64,000 nucleotides of DNA from Strigamia acuminata (lineage: Eukaryota), in the NCBI GenBank assembly GCA_949358305.1, contig OX442314.1:1116001-1180000 (forward strand), in the 5' to 3' direction. Of this stretch, positions 37,387 through 49,665 are shown in pieces. A model generated the notes under the pieces. It did not search any database. It was not told where the DNA came from and was given only the letters and a program-made list of their open reading frames with translations. The position numbers and the translations under genes were made by a program. The number at the start of each line of letters is the position of its first letter. The stretch's first letter is position 1.

Positions 37387-38456
37387 TTAGTTCTGGTCCT
37401 CCTTCCAGGGAAGAAATCGTACTAGCAGCTCCCCTCCGTGTTTTTCAGCCATCCGCTCCATCGCTCCAACGTCAAACTGTTGCCTTCGCATCTCATTAAT
37501 TCGCAAATCCACAACTAACGCCTCCAGAGCACCGATTTCCACCAGATCCTCAATCCTCGACGACTCCAACATGTTGCAATCAACAATTTCCAAATATCCG
37601 AGTTTGTTTGTAAGGGCTGCACCAGGAATTCCGGATAGAAAGCGCAACGAATCGAGTAATTGATTCACCGGAAAATACCAATTCCGCCGGCCCATCAAGT
37701 CGGCCAACTCGTGCGCAATTTCATTACTGAAGCCGGGGCAATGAGAAAGTTTAAGCCATTCCAGATTGGGACACATGGCCAACAACCCGTATAAATAACC
37801 AAACGATCGTTTTGATCGGAAAGTTCTAATTGTGCCAATTTATTAAACCGCATATCGCGCCAGACTTCAACAAATGCATCATCTTGCTCCGCTAATCGCA
37901 TGTCGACGATCAACTCACTCAACTCCTTGAACTTGGTCAAACTCTGCAGCATTTTCAGGGTGAAAACTTTCGGAGTGATTCGGATTGTGGAAACTTTTGG
38001 ACACATGAGCCCGCCTATCTCCAGCTCCTCCTCAATGTCGTCGCGAGGGTGCGCCAACGTCAACTCTCTCAGATTGTAATGTTGCGGTGGCGCGCCGATC
38101 GGCAGCAGCGCTTTGAGCCACCTGGAGTCGGAAGTGATCAAATGTTTGATCGATTGCATCGTATTCAGGATCAAGCAGAAACAGTCCTGTGGAAATTCAT
38201 TGCTCAACTTGATATATTCAAGCGTTTTGCTCAGGGTGGAGCCTTGCGCGCATAGTTTTCTTATGAAATTTTCGTTGTTGGTTCCTTCGGCAAAAATTTG
38301 CACGAGTGGCAGCCGAGCGATGTAGCTTGCCGCGTCGTCTTCAACGATGGTGTTCGAAATGAATAGTACGTGGAGATTTGGCAAAGTCTGGCACATTTTT
38401 TGGCACACACTGGCTGTCAGTGTACATCCCTCGGGCAGTTTTAAGAATGTCAGATT
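37387..38456 (-). pseudogene. LRR gene L2 terminal exon (frameshift near 37790; 5' exons replaced by the ZnF array)
   Basis: Two overlapping ORFs (237 and 132 aa) homologous to L1. Confidence 0.8.
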
Positions 38457-38664
38457 CTACAAGTATGTGAACAGAACAATTATTAGAATTAAAACAAACA
38501 ATAGAACGGCAGGACCGGTCATTTTGACCGACACAATAAACTCAATGGGTTTACAATGGTGTTTTCTTTTACTTTAGCTGATTTACGATGCTTTTTGTGC
38601 CATTTTTCTTAAAAAATAATAAAAAGAAGAGAGAATTTACCTAGGACGGCCGAAACCGGTCAAA

Positions 38665-40314
38665 ATGACCGGTCGAAATAGCATAAACGTTACGTGCACA
38701 GGAGAAAAACCATTCGAGTGCCATTTGTGTGATTATTCTTGCAATCAAAATGGGAATTTAAGAAGACATCTATTAATTCACACAGCAGAAAAACCATTCG
38801 AGTGCCATTTGTGTGATTATTCTAGCAATCAAAGAAGGCATTTAAGAATGCATCTTTTAACCCACACTGGAGAAAAACCATTCAATTGCCATTTGTGTGA
38901 TTATTCTTGCAGTGAAAGTGGGCTCTTAAAAGTCCATCTATTAACCCACACAGGAGAAAAACCATTCGAGTGCCATTTGTGTGATTATTCTTGCAATCAA
39001 AGTGGGCGCTTAAAAGTCCATCTATTAACCCACACTGGAGAAAAACCATTCAAGTGCCATTTGTGTGATTATTCTAGCAATCAAAGAAGGCATTTAAGAA
39101 TGCATCTTTTAACCCACACTGGAGAAAAACCATTCAATTGCCATTTGTGTGATTATTCTTGCAGTGAAAGTGGGCTCTTAAAAGTCCATCTATTAACCCA
39201 CACAGGAGAAAAACCATTCGAGTGCCATTTGTGTGATTATTCTTGCAATCAAAGTGGGCGCTTAAAAGTCCATCTATTAACCCACACTGGAGAAAAACCA
39301 TTCAAGTGCCATTTGTGTGATTATTCTAGCAATCAAAGAAGGCATTTAAGAATGCATCTTTTAACCCACACTGGAGAAAAACCATTCAATTGCCATTTGT
39401 GTGATTATTCTTGCAGTGAAAGTGGGCTCTTAAAAGTCCATCTATTAACCCACACAGGAGAAAAACCATTCGAGTGCCATTTGTGTGATTATTCTTGCAA
39501 TCAAAGTGGGCGCTTAAAAGTCCATCTATTAACCCACACTGGAGAAAAACCATTCGAGTGCCATTTGTGTGATTATTCTAGCAATCAAAGAAGGCATTTA
39601 AGAATGCATCTTTTAACCCACACTGGAGAAAAACCATTCAATTGCCATTTGTGTGATTATTCTTGCAGTGAAAGTGGGCTCTTAAAAGTCCATCTATTAA
39701 CCCACACAGGAGAAAAACCATTCGAGTGCCATTTGTGTGATTATTCTTGCAATCAAAGTGGGCGCTTAAAAGTCCATCTATTAACCCACACTGGAGAAAA
39801 ACCATTCAAGTGCCATTTGTGTGATTATTCTAGCAATCAAAGAAGGCATTTAAGAATGCATCTTTTAACCCACACTGGAGAAAAACCATTCAATTGCCAT
39901 TTGTGTGATTATTCTTGCAGTGAAAGTGGGCTCTTAAAAGTCCATCTATTAACCCACACAGGAGAAAAACCATTCGAGTGCCATTTGTGTGATTATTCTT
40001 GCAATCAAAGTGGGCGCTTAAAAGTCCATCTATTAACCCACACTGGAGAAAAACCATTCAAGTGCCATTTGTGTGATTATTCTAGCAATCAAAGAAGGCA
40101 TTTAAGAATGCATCTTTTAACCCACACTGGAGAAAAACCATTCAAGTGCCATTTGTGTGATTATTGTTCGAGTCTAAATGGGAATTTAAAAAGTCACCTA
40201 TTAACCCATTCAGGAGAAAAACCATTCAAGTGCCATTTGTGTGATTATTCTTGCAATCAAAGTGGCCATTTAAGAAGACATCTTTTAATACATACAGGAG
40301 AAAAAGCATTTTAA
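38665..40314 (+). CDS. C2H2 zinc-finger array, 19 fingers, 549 aa, no effector domain
   Basis: CHLC-x12-H-x3-H with TGEKP linkers. 84-bp units form a 252-bp three-finger higher-order repeat (QRRH / ESGL / QSGR helices) five times plus one finger. Confidence 0.8.
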   Translation: MTGRNSINVTCTGEKPFECHLCDYSCNQNGNLRRHLLIHTAEKPFECHLCDYSSNQRRHLRMHLLTHTGEKPFNCHLCDYSCSESGLLKVHLLTHTGEKPFECHLCDYSCNQSGRLKVHLLTHTGEKPFKCHLCDYSSNQRRHLRMHLLTHTGEKPFNCHLCDYSCSESGLLKVHLLTHTGEKPFECHLCDYSCNQSGRLKVHLLTHTGEKPFKCHLCDYSSNQRRHLRMHLLTHTGEKPFNCHLCDYSCSESGLLKVHLLTHTGEKPFECHLCDYSCNQSGRLKVHLLTHTGEKPFECHLCDYSSNQRRHLRMHLLTHTGEKPFNCHLCDYSCSESGLLKVHLLTHTGEKPFECHLCDYSCNQSGRLKVHLLTHTGEKPFKCHLCDYSSNQRRHLRMHLLTHTGEKPFNCHLCDYSCSESGLLKVHLLTHTGEKPFECHLCDYSCNQSGRLKVHLLTHTGEKPFKCHLCDYSSNQRRHLRMHLLTHTGEKPFKCHLCDYCSSLNGNLKSHLLTHSGEKPFKCHLCDYSCNQSGHLRRHLLIHTGEKAF

Positions 40315-41525
40315 GCAGGATAGAAATTTCAAAACCTTCGTTTCGTTCATTTTCTGTATAATTCTTAAATTCAAACGCTGATTTTTGGTTTTGTTAGTGC
40401 ATTTAACTTTTTAAAAAAAACCATACGGAATATATATTTCTTACTTTGAATTCTTGTCAAGTGCAACTGTATATTTCTCTGTTCACTTCCAATTTTAAAA
40501 CACTTTAACCTGTGTGCATGTTTCGTTCTTGCATTGTAAATAAAATATAAAAATTTCTTCCACTTATGTATTTTATGCATATTTATGTATTTTTTTCTAT
40601 GACTGATTTATATTTTTCACGTTGAAAAACAATCACTTTCCATCGTTCAATATGAATTATAAGCATTCAAATGACTACACTTTGCTGTATGTGCTCAAAT
40701 TGATTGCTCAACCTGAACCCACCTCATATTTCCTTAGAATTTGCTTCCTGGGACTGCTGATAATTTTAAATAAATAAATAAATACCGGTATGCAAAAATC
40801 AGTTTTAATGTTTAGGAAAGACAAAAGTTTAATTTGTAGACAATAAATGCTACTTTGGGCAAAAAATTAACCATTCGATTTGAGGAAACGGATCATTTTA
40901 GCAAATATTATTTAGAAATTCTAGTTATACACTCCAGTGTTCTCCAGTGTACTACTAAAAAGCCCACAATTAAATTTTTGGTTCAAAAAATTAATTTCTC
41001 TTAGAATTCAATTCAACGCTAAAATTCATTAAATATTCATGACTTTTGCATTCTAATTTGCCATTTATCAATATTATTTATCAATATGCTCGTCGGCGCC
41101 TTCGATCACGCCAGTCGCTGTCCTGGCCTTTCATCAGCTCCTTGTTCCGTTCAGTTCTCGGACCCGGATCCAGCCCGGGATGTTTGAAATGGGTTCGTGA
41201 CGATGCGCGGCGGACCAAGTGTGCCGCCAATGATTGTGCCACGCGCCAACGTGGCACTCACGCATGCGCTGGAGGATGAAAATCAAACAAAAAAATAAGA
41301 TGATTGAAAAATTAAAATTAAAAAAAATTGATGAAATTTCCGTTGTTTACCCACTACTTTCGCATTCATTCTCAATTATTTTTGTCACACTCCTTTCGAA
41401 AATATATAACAAATTGGTTAAATTTTAACATAAAAATGAAATAATCGAAAGATAGAATCATTGACATCAATTTTTGAAATTTGTTTTTGGTTTTGGGTTA
41501 AAAGTGGCTTGGGTTGGATGTGTAA

Positions 41526-41535
41526 GGGATTTCCT
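41526..41535 (+). promoter_or_regulatory. kappaB-like site upstream of the defensin-like gene
   Basis: GGGATTTCCT about 370 bp upstream of ATG 41899, with TGATAA nearby (41576). A short motif that could be chance. Confidence 0.4.
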
Positions 41536-41898
41536 AATATCGGTACTGCTAGGCTGAAGAAAGCTAAGAATCAATTGATAAATTATTAATTATAAATTAG
41601 AATTTAGAATTCAGAATTTAAAATTTAAAAACAACCTTAACTCGTGTCAAGTATAGTTTAATTGCATTTTTCGTATTGTTACTCAGCTATCAATTCATTT
41701 TAATTAATTGAAATATTAAAATTTATTGCGTAATGAAATCAATTGAATAGAAACAATTGAATTCCACACATGGCCATTAACTGTAGTTACATTTTGTGTA
41801 TATCAACTAAGGCAATCTCGAGCAGTCACATCCTGCTAACAAAATCTTGCACAAGCCACCGGTCAATTTGTTTCTCCAACTTGTTTCATCAGTCGAAG

Positions 41899-42129
41899 AT
41901 GAAATATCTAGCATTCATCTTGTTCCTTGTAATTCTGTCGTTCATGGGTAAGTTATATTTTGCATAAAAAATAATCCATTTATTTTTTGAGCATTGACAT
42001 GTTTTCATCCGATTAGCCATGACAGCAAATGCGTGTGACGGAGGTGAATGCCAAGACAATTGTCAGAATGAACATGAAAGGGACGGTCATTGTGACGACG
42101 ACGGTAACTGCAATTGTGACACGGATTGA
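41899..42129 (+). CDS. Secreted anionic CS-alpha/beta defensin-like peptide (53-aa precursor)
   Basis: Exon 41899-41947, GTAAG...TAG intron, exon 42017-42129 give MKYLAFILFLVILSFMAMTANA|CDGGECQDNCQNEHERDGHCDDDGNCNCDTD. AATAAA at 42175. Confidence 0.88.
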
Positions 42130-42924
42130 GAAAATAAGCACGTGTGTCCAAACAAGAGACGAACTGGACACCAGAATAAAAAGTAGACATTTTATGAATA
42201 TGAAAAATCAATGGAAACACATGCTAAAGAAATAAAAAATTGATTATGACTTTTTTGTTTTAAAATTGATATTCGTTTACTTTGTGGCTCTGCACTTCAT
42301 GCAATCCGGGCTGTTTGGTTTTTGTTTTGCAACCAAAAATAAGGTGTAGTATCTCGACCGGTCTGCTTAGCGCCCTGGTCAAGACAGACTAATGGTCAGG
42401 GATACACACAAACCTTTCTCGAGAAATGGACAAACGATATGAATTATATTATTTAAACACGACGTTTCCGGATGGTTGGGACAGCCAAATTTAGCCGGTT
42501 GGTCATCTGGTTTTGAAACTGAATGCAATAAAGGTTGTGAAGATGATGTGGGCGGTGGTTGTGATGGTTGTGATGGTGAACACGGATGCAGTTGCTCATT
42601 TGATCGTTGATGGCGGAGCTTATCGTTCTTGTTGGTCGAATGGTTGCGACCGGTTTCCGTCTAGTGGTCTACCTGCCGGCAAAATTCAAATTTGTATCAA
42701 TAAACAAACACAAATCAAACAACGGCGCGTTTTAGCGCGCGCAATTTCAAAATCATCTCATCGAAAAATTTCATCGGTTTAAATCCTATTTACATTTTTA
42801 CACATTAAAACGTCCATTTTTCTATCTGATTTATGCTTTTCTATTTTAAAAGATTCCTTTGTCACTTTATTTACATTTTTACATCGTAAGGTCGTTGGAT
42901 GTTGGGTGTAAGTGCTTGTAAGAG

Positions 42925-43710
42925 CAGCGACGACGACGACACAAGGGATCGACCGGACATTCCGGCATAATTGCCGTTGACCCCAAGCGATTGCGCGGGG
43001 GCGAAGAAAATGACGTTTTAGAGATATTTGAGCGTAAATTATTTATTGACACACTTCACAAGTATCAAACCAAATTAAAATGCATTCAATTTGTATCTAG
43101 AGAGTAATTTTGATCGTATAAACACGCTTCGAGCACAGCATCCGGATTTCGTAGTAGATCCGAATCAGATTTACGACTTGCTTGCATCGTGGAGTACAAG
43201 TGCCAACAGAAGGAACATCGTGATTGATTGGCTGATCGCCAAACGGCTGAAGGAACCCAAAGAAGCGCCGTTGTACATCCTGGAGGAAAACAGACAAGTT
43301 CGAGGAATTGCTGAACGATGTGGAGGTGGTGAGCAAGTTCGTTCCGAACAAGAGCCGGGATGAGCCGTGATGATCTTCACGAGAATCCGAACCGGGTGCG
43401 CATCGTCATCAACGAGTTGGAGCCGTTTCCAGTGACGAATGAAGCCCCGAATTCCGGGAATAACGGGCCGTAAGCAATCGCGTCCTCATCGACGGAAAAG
43501 AATAACAATGTGTCGGCGACGATGGAAAAAGTCAACTTGGTTTTAGAGCTCTTTCCGGACGCTGATCCCGAATATCTGCGATCTTTTGTCGAGCATTAGT
43601 CGATTACATCATGGCGGTCTGGTGGTCTGGTGGTTGGCGAAATCGCTCGTATCCCAGGTTGGCTGAAGCCCAAAAAGACTAAAAGGACTAAAAGGAATTT
43701 ATAGAAAGGT
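42925..43710 (+). pseudogene. RBR 5' fragment H (exons 1-2, stops and frameshifts)
   Basis: HPDFVVDPNQIY...NRRNIVID...FPDADPEYL homology with disablements. Confidence 0.8.
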
Positions 43711-44388
43711 TTTATAGTTATTTGCTTTATTTTGATTGCTTTATGTGTTTTTCAGTATCAGGTGCATTTATTAACGCATAAACAGTCGTTTAAACACGTT
43801 TAAAATAAGTTTTGAACGAGATTTTCGGTTATTATTATTATTATTTGAGTCAGATCGACGCCACTACGATGTAAGGTGAGCAATTTTGCACCATTATTTT
43901 TTGTTTACGACTAAAGAAGAAGAAGAATGATACTTACGTGTATAGTTAGGCCTGGAAACAAAAAGAAAAGCGAGGGCGAGGAAACAATGCAGGTGGCTGA
44001 TTCTCAAAATGCGTGAAATCGTTTCACGAATAATAATAATAATAATAATAATGAAAATAATAACAATAATATTGCAACTAAAATAATCAAAAAGGATGAT
44101 AACGATATAGAACGACGGTCACCTCACAACTTTTGGCTCACATTTCCAAATCTAGGCCTGAAAGCCTCTTTCGGGTTTTTCTTGCAACAAATGTTTTTTC
44201 GATTTTTTGAATTTTCGACCACCCTGTGTCAGTTGACGGCTCGAACTTGATCGCATCAAATTTCCAGGTGAAAATCCGAGTTGTTCGTGCAAAACCCGTT
44301 CTAACTTGCCGTTTCTATTTACAGAGTGGAACAGTTATGGATATCAACAAAAAAGCCATCTGATTTCGTAATTTAAGAAAGAAAAACG

Positions 44389-47300
44389 ATGAAAAAGGTT
44401 AAATTTTTTAAATTCGGCCACAGCAGCGACGATGACAATGACGACGAAGACGACGATGGCAGTGACGACGAAGATGAAGACGGAGACGAAGTCGATGACG
44501 ACGACATTCCGTACATTCCCGGGATGATCGCAGTTCCGCCCGCGCCACACGACGCAGTTGAAGAAAACAGCGACGACGACGACGACACCATCGCGAATCT
44601 TCCTTACCTCCCTGGTATGATCGCCGTTACTCCCGCGCCACAGCAGAGAGTTGAAGTAAACGACATCACAGAAGTATTTCGTCCTAAATTAATCCAAACT
44701 ATCAAACAAAATAATTAAAATGGAATTAATTTGTATGTAGGATGTGAATTATATCATTAACGGGCTTCGAGTGGTTCACCCGGACTTCTTGGTGGATCGG
44801 AACGAAGTTTACGCGATGGTTGGAGCCGTGGGTCCGAATCCCAACAGAAGAAACATCGTAATCCATCAGTTGATCACCAAATGGCTGGAGCAACCCGCAC
44901 AAGCGCCGTTGCGCATCCCGGAAGAAAACCAACCGAACAAGTTCAACGATTTGATCAACGATGTTGAGGTCGTGAGCAGATTCGTCCCGAACAAGAGCCG
45001 GGAGGAAATCCTCGCGTATCTGGAGGCGCATCACGGGAATGCAAACCGGGTGCGCTTAGTCATCGGCGAGTTGCTCGATATGAAGGAGATTGCGCCGTTT
45101 CCCGTGACGAATGAAGCCCCTAATGCCGGGAATAACGGGCCGGAAGCAATCGCGTCCTCTTCGACGGAAAAGAATGAAAAGAATAACAATGTGTCGGCGA
45201 CGATGGAAAAAGTCAACTTGGTTTTAGAGCTCTTTCCGGACGCCGATCCCGAATACCTGCACACTTTTCTGGAGAAATGGAAGAACGATGTGAACTACAT
45301 AAACGCGACGGTTAACGGCTGGTTGGAAAGTCGTTCGTATCCCAAGTTGGCCGAAGCTCAAAAGGCGGCGGTCAAGCGGAAATTTGTCGAAAGGTTTTCT
45401 ACTTATTTTGTCTACTTTATTTTGTTTTTATGGTGTTTCTATGAACAAAGCACTTTTAATGGATTTTTCATGATTTGTCGTTGTTTGTATTGATTTTTGT
45501 CATCATTTTGCACTGAATTTCTTTTGCAGCAAGTTCAGCGTTGAGGAATTCCTGGAGATGTTCCCAGACCCGGAGAACTTCTTCAAAAACAACGACCGAG
45601 TCGTGAGTGCGTCGTACCGGTTGCACGTTGAATGCTTTGTCAGTAACCAGTTCCGATACGCGTACAAAAACGATTTGACGCAAGTGATGGAGAAACACCG
45701 TTTCCACCTCACGCCCATCATGAAAGAGATGAATGCGCTCTGGAACGTTTCCCCCACTGACGGTGAATTAATAAACGAAATAACAAATTGTGACTGTCCG
45801 GTTTTAACCAGGGCAACCTAGGGTCAAGATACCCTGGGGTGGGACGCATGCTCACGTAAATAAAGACAAGAGACTCCAGATTGTTGTGTTTGGTGACCTT
45901 TAATCCGTTGTCTAGTTGTTGGAGATCTACCGTCTAACTGGCCAATATTTTGGTCATAAATTTCTTTTAATGATGAGGTTATTGTTGTTTTATTTACTTT
46001 ATTTTAGCATTATTAGGTCTAATATTAGGCTTAGTACTACTAAATAACAAGTGGAATTAGAAAATCGCCTGCGCAGAATGGGATGTACAGTAGGAATTAA
46101 GCATCAAGATACCGGGCTTACCTCGCGGCCATTGGGCAGTGTGTGTCAGTGACACTTCGTACCTTTAGGTGGTCACAAAATAATCAACTTACTTGATTAA
46201 TTCGATTAATTACAGAACCATTAATCAAGAAAAGGAGGGAGAACTTGAGGAAAAAGAAGGTGAGGAGCCCCCTGAAAGTGATGCCGCAACAAATCGACGA
46301 ACTCTTCTACAAAGAGAAGTTGTTCATCGAGATGGAAGACAGGATCATTCGTACAGTTTAAAAAGCAAACATCGTGTTGTGTAAATACATGTCATTTCTT
46401 TTCTAGAATACAAGAAGGACAAGGAGGCGGAACGACTGAGTAAAATCGAAGTGGCGAAGGCAAACGACGAACTGATGGAGTGCAGTTGCTGCTTCGAGGA
46501 CGAAGTGCTCTTGGAGGACATGCTGCAGTGCACGGACGGGCACTTGTTCTGCAGATCGTGCATCCGGCGCCACGCCGAGGTGCTCATCGGCCAGGGCAAT
46601 TACCACTTCCCGTGCCTTGACCCGTACTGCGATCGCGAGTTCCCGCCCATCGTGCTGCAGAAGGTTTTGTCACCCAATGTGTTTTCTAACGTCGTACGCA
46701 AGATGCAGGAGGAGGAGATCCGGCGCGCCGACATCCCGGATCTCGAGTCGTGTCCTCACTGCTCTTTCTGCGCCATCATTCCGGACGCGGACCTCAAGAT
46801 CTTCCGCTGTCTCAACCCGGAATGTCTCAAAGTGACGTGCAGGTGACGTAAAAATGAAAAAAGGAATAAATGAAATGCTAATTTAGTTTATGAATGAAGG
46901 TTGTGCAAGGAACCGAACCACCTCCCGCTGCGCTGCGACGAGATTGAGCAGAAACCGGAAGTGCAGTTCCGCACCTACGTAGAGGACCAGATGACGGACG
47001 CGTTGGTGCGCACGTGTCCCAAATGCAAGCGGCCCATCGTTAAAGAACACGGCTGCAACAAAATGACGTGCACGTGCGGCCAGATCTTCTGCTACGTGTG
47101 TCGCGAGGCCATCAAGGACTACACGCATTTCGACAACGGAAAGTGAGTTAATGATTCAAATGGAATGCCAATTAATGAATTAATGCAACTTCAGGTGTCC
47201 CAAATTCTCGAACGACGCCGAAATGCATCGGCTGGAGGTAGAGGAGGGCGCCAAGAAGGCGAAACAAGAGTACATCGAGTCCCATCCGGAAGCGCAGGCG

Positions 47301-47762
47301 GTCGAGCTGCGCCACGACCCGACCAAAACACCGTTCGCGGCCGTGCAGAAGTCCCAGCAACAGTGCGCGCAGGGCTTCATGCCCATGGTCAACGAGCGTG
47401 GCCAAATCGCCTTCCAGCGACTCATGCAGCAGCAGCAAGCCCAAGCCCAACGGATGGCCGCCGCCAACGCCAATGCCAATGCCATTATCCGACCAGTACA
47501 ACCTGCGCCGAGGAATCCGCCCAGGCCTCCGCCCAGACTCCCGCCCAGGGCCTTGCCCAGGACCATGCCCATGCTCTTGCCCAGACCCCCGCCGAGGGCC
47601 TTGCCAAGGCTTCCGCTCTGGCCTCTGCTCAGGCCTCCGCCCAGGACCCTGCCCGTGCTCCCGCCCAGACCCCCACCGAGAACTCTGCTCAGGCCGGTTG
47701 CACCAGCGACACAAGCGGCGGACAACGCAGGTACTCGTCGTTTCGTTCGTGCGTCCAATTAA
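44389..47762 (+). CDS. RNF216/TRIAD3-like RBR E3 ubiquitin ligase, copy F (850 aa)
   Basis: Exons 44389-44673, 44741-45393, 45530-45762, 46216-46350, 46407-46842, 46900-47142, 47195-47762 join in frame. Acidic N-terminus, [15 protein letters not shown]-like module, RING1-IBR-RING2, Pro/Arg tail. Confidence 0.9.
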
Positions 47763-48779
47763 CGACAACAATTCAATTTGACAGGCAAAAAGAACAACCG
47801 GAAGAAGTGAGGCAACTCGTCGTCGTCGTCGTTCATTTTTCTCTTTGGCATCCGAGGACGTTGTGAACACAAACATTCTTCATTGTTTGTTCTTTGAAAT
47901 CGTTGGATTGATTGTTTGATTGGTCGTCGTGTACATAAACAGAAATTCTATTTTACTTCTCACTTTTATTTTAAATTCATAATAAATGACCGTGAACTCG
48001 ATTTGGAATTTGACTTTATAATTATTTACATGATTAGCAATTCACATCTTCTCAATTCAATTTGATTTCTGCAGAAGAAGAAGAAGAGCGAATGTAGCGA
48101 CGAGCAAAGTTGGTGTCGCTCGGACGAGAATGTTTCGTACGCCTCCTGTCGCGTCGACGACTCCGACTCCGACTATAGCGACAACAACTTTGTTCTCAAT
48201 AAAATCAAATAGACAAATGTAAAACGATAAATGGATGGACTGCTTTATTTACTAGACCTTTACTAACAAAACAACCTGCAAGTAAAGAGAAGAAATCGAG
48301 CATCTTCACATTACATCATTAGACGTGTGTCGTATGTAGATCTGGGACGAACATATTTGTGGATTTTGTCTGAAATTAAACAGTTTTGATGCAGAAATCA
48401 ATATTTATCATTTATTTTCAACAAATGGAACTGTAAAGAAAATTTTGAATTTATTCAACAGATGGAGCTACTGTGGCAAACCTGGTAGCAGTTTAATGAG
48501 TTTCAGCATTTCCTGCATCAAAAATTAAACATTAAATAATGGTGCTGCAAAATAAAAATGTTTGTTTGGTCAATAGCAAATTGTTGTGACTTGTTTGATG
48601 TAGATGGATTAAATAAATGTTTGTTCACTTGTTATTGCAGTAACTGTAGTTGAAAACTATAACAAAAGCAGAAATTTAAGAAATAAAAATTTATAAGCAT
48701 CAGGTTCAAAACTGCATTAACAGACAAAACCAAATAAAAATTTGTCACTATTAAATGGAAGCAAATACAACAAAATGCT

Positions 48780-49260
48780 TAAGAAGACAATTCGGCAACA
48801 TGCATCGTCCAGCTGCCACTCTTCGAGTTTGTTGACAATGGAACCACGGAAGATTTTCTGAGAAAACTGCGGCAAAAAACTCCACACAGGAGCTGGACAT
48901 AAGCGGCTCACGTGTCCTCAAGTTTCCAGAACAGACATAACCCCGAATATCTTCACCCTCAAATTGCTGCACAGTTTGACGAAATTCAAGAAGTTGCACA
49001 AGTTGTACGTCGACATGCGTTATGACTCGGACGTGAAAATAGCGGAGCAAAATGATATGTTTGATCGAGTTTGTTTGCGCGATTTGCGGTTTGATAAATT
49101 GGTGAAATTTTCCCCATATGACAGCACAGATCGTTGAGTTAGTTCTGGTTATTTGTTTGAGTTGTTAGACATGTGTCCCAAACTGGAGATTCTCGTTCTT
49201 TTGCAGTGCTCAGACTTCAGTAACAAAATTGCGCACGAGTTGGCCGACGTGTTGGACGTT
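48780..49260 (+). pseudogene. Decayed LRR paralog L3
   Basis: Fragments FTLKLLHSLTKFKKL and FELLDMCPKLE with stops and deletions. Confidence 0.7.
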
Positions 49261-49665
49261 CTTGTAAATCAGATTGCAGAAAGAAACTTTATCACTTTTC
49301 AGCTTGATCAGCGTCATCACTTCCTTCAAGTTACATACAAGTAGATTACAGAGCAATTCCATTAGCAATTCATGTCTCTTCTTGAGTAAACAAAGCCGAT
49401 GTTAAACAATTAAAATTGCTATACCAATCGCCATTTTTGGTTGTTTCTTTTTTATTGTTTCGTTCGGTGTCTGGTTTTTCTTATGCCGAAGCAAAATGGC
49501 TGATTTGGACGACCGGACGGGTCATTCCCCGCTTATTGTTTGTTTAACATTTCGAGGTTTGTTTATCTGTTGCTGCAGTAACTATTGTTGGAAATTAAAA
49601 AAATCAAAATATCTAAACGAATCAAACCAAAATTTTCCGTCGGAATATCACCAGCGGGATCTAAA

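Noticed and set aside
38700..40300. Regular repeats resembling a CRISPR array
   Set aside because: 84-bp coding zinc-finger units with no unique spacers, no cas genes, and a eukaryotic context.
41080..41280. GC-rich island upstream of the peptide gene
   Set aside because: No recognisable ORF, RNA fold or repeat boundaries.
42356..42620. Insertion with minus-strand GAAACGTCG, suggesting a Penelope-type hammerhead ribozyme
   Set aside because: The core reads CAGATGA rather than CTGATGA and I could not build stem II; at most a decayed relic.
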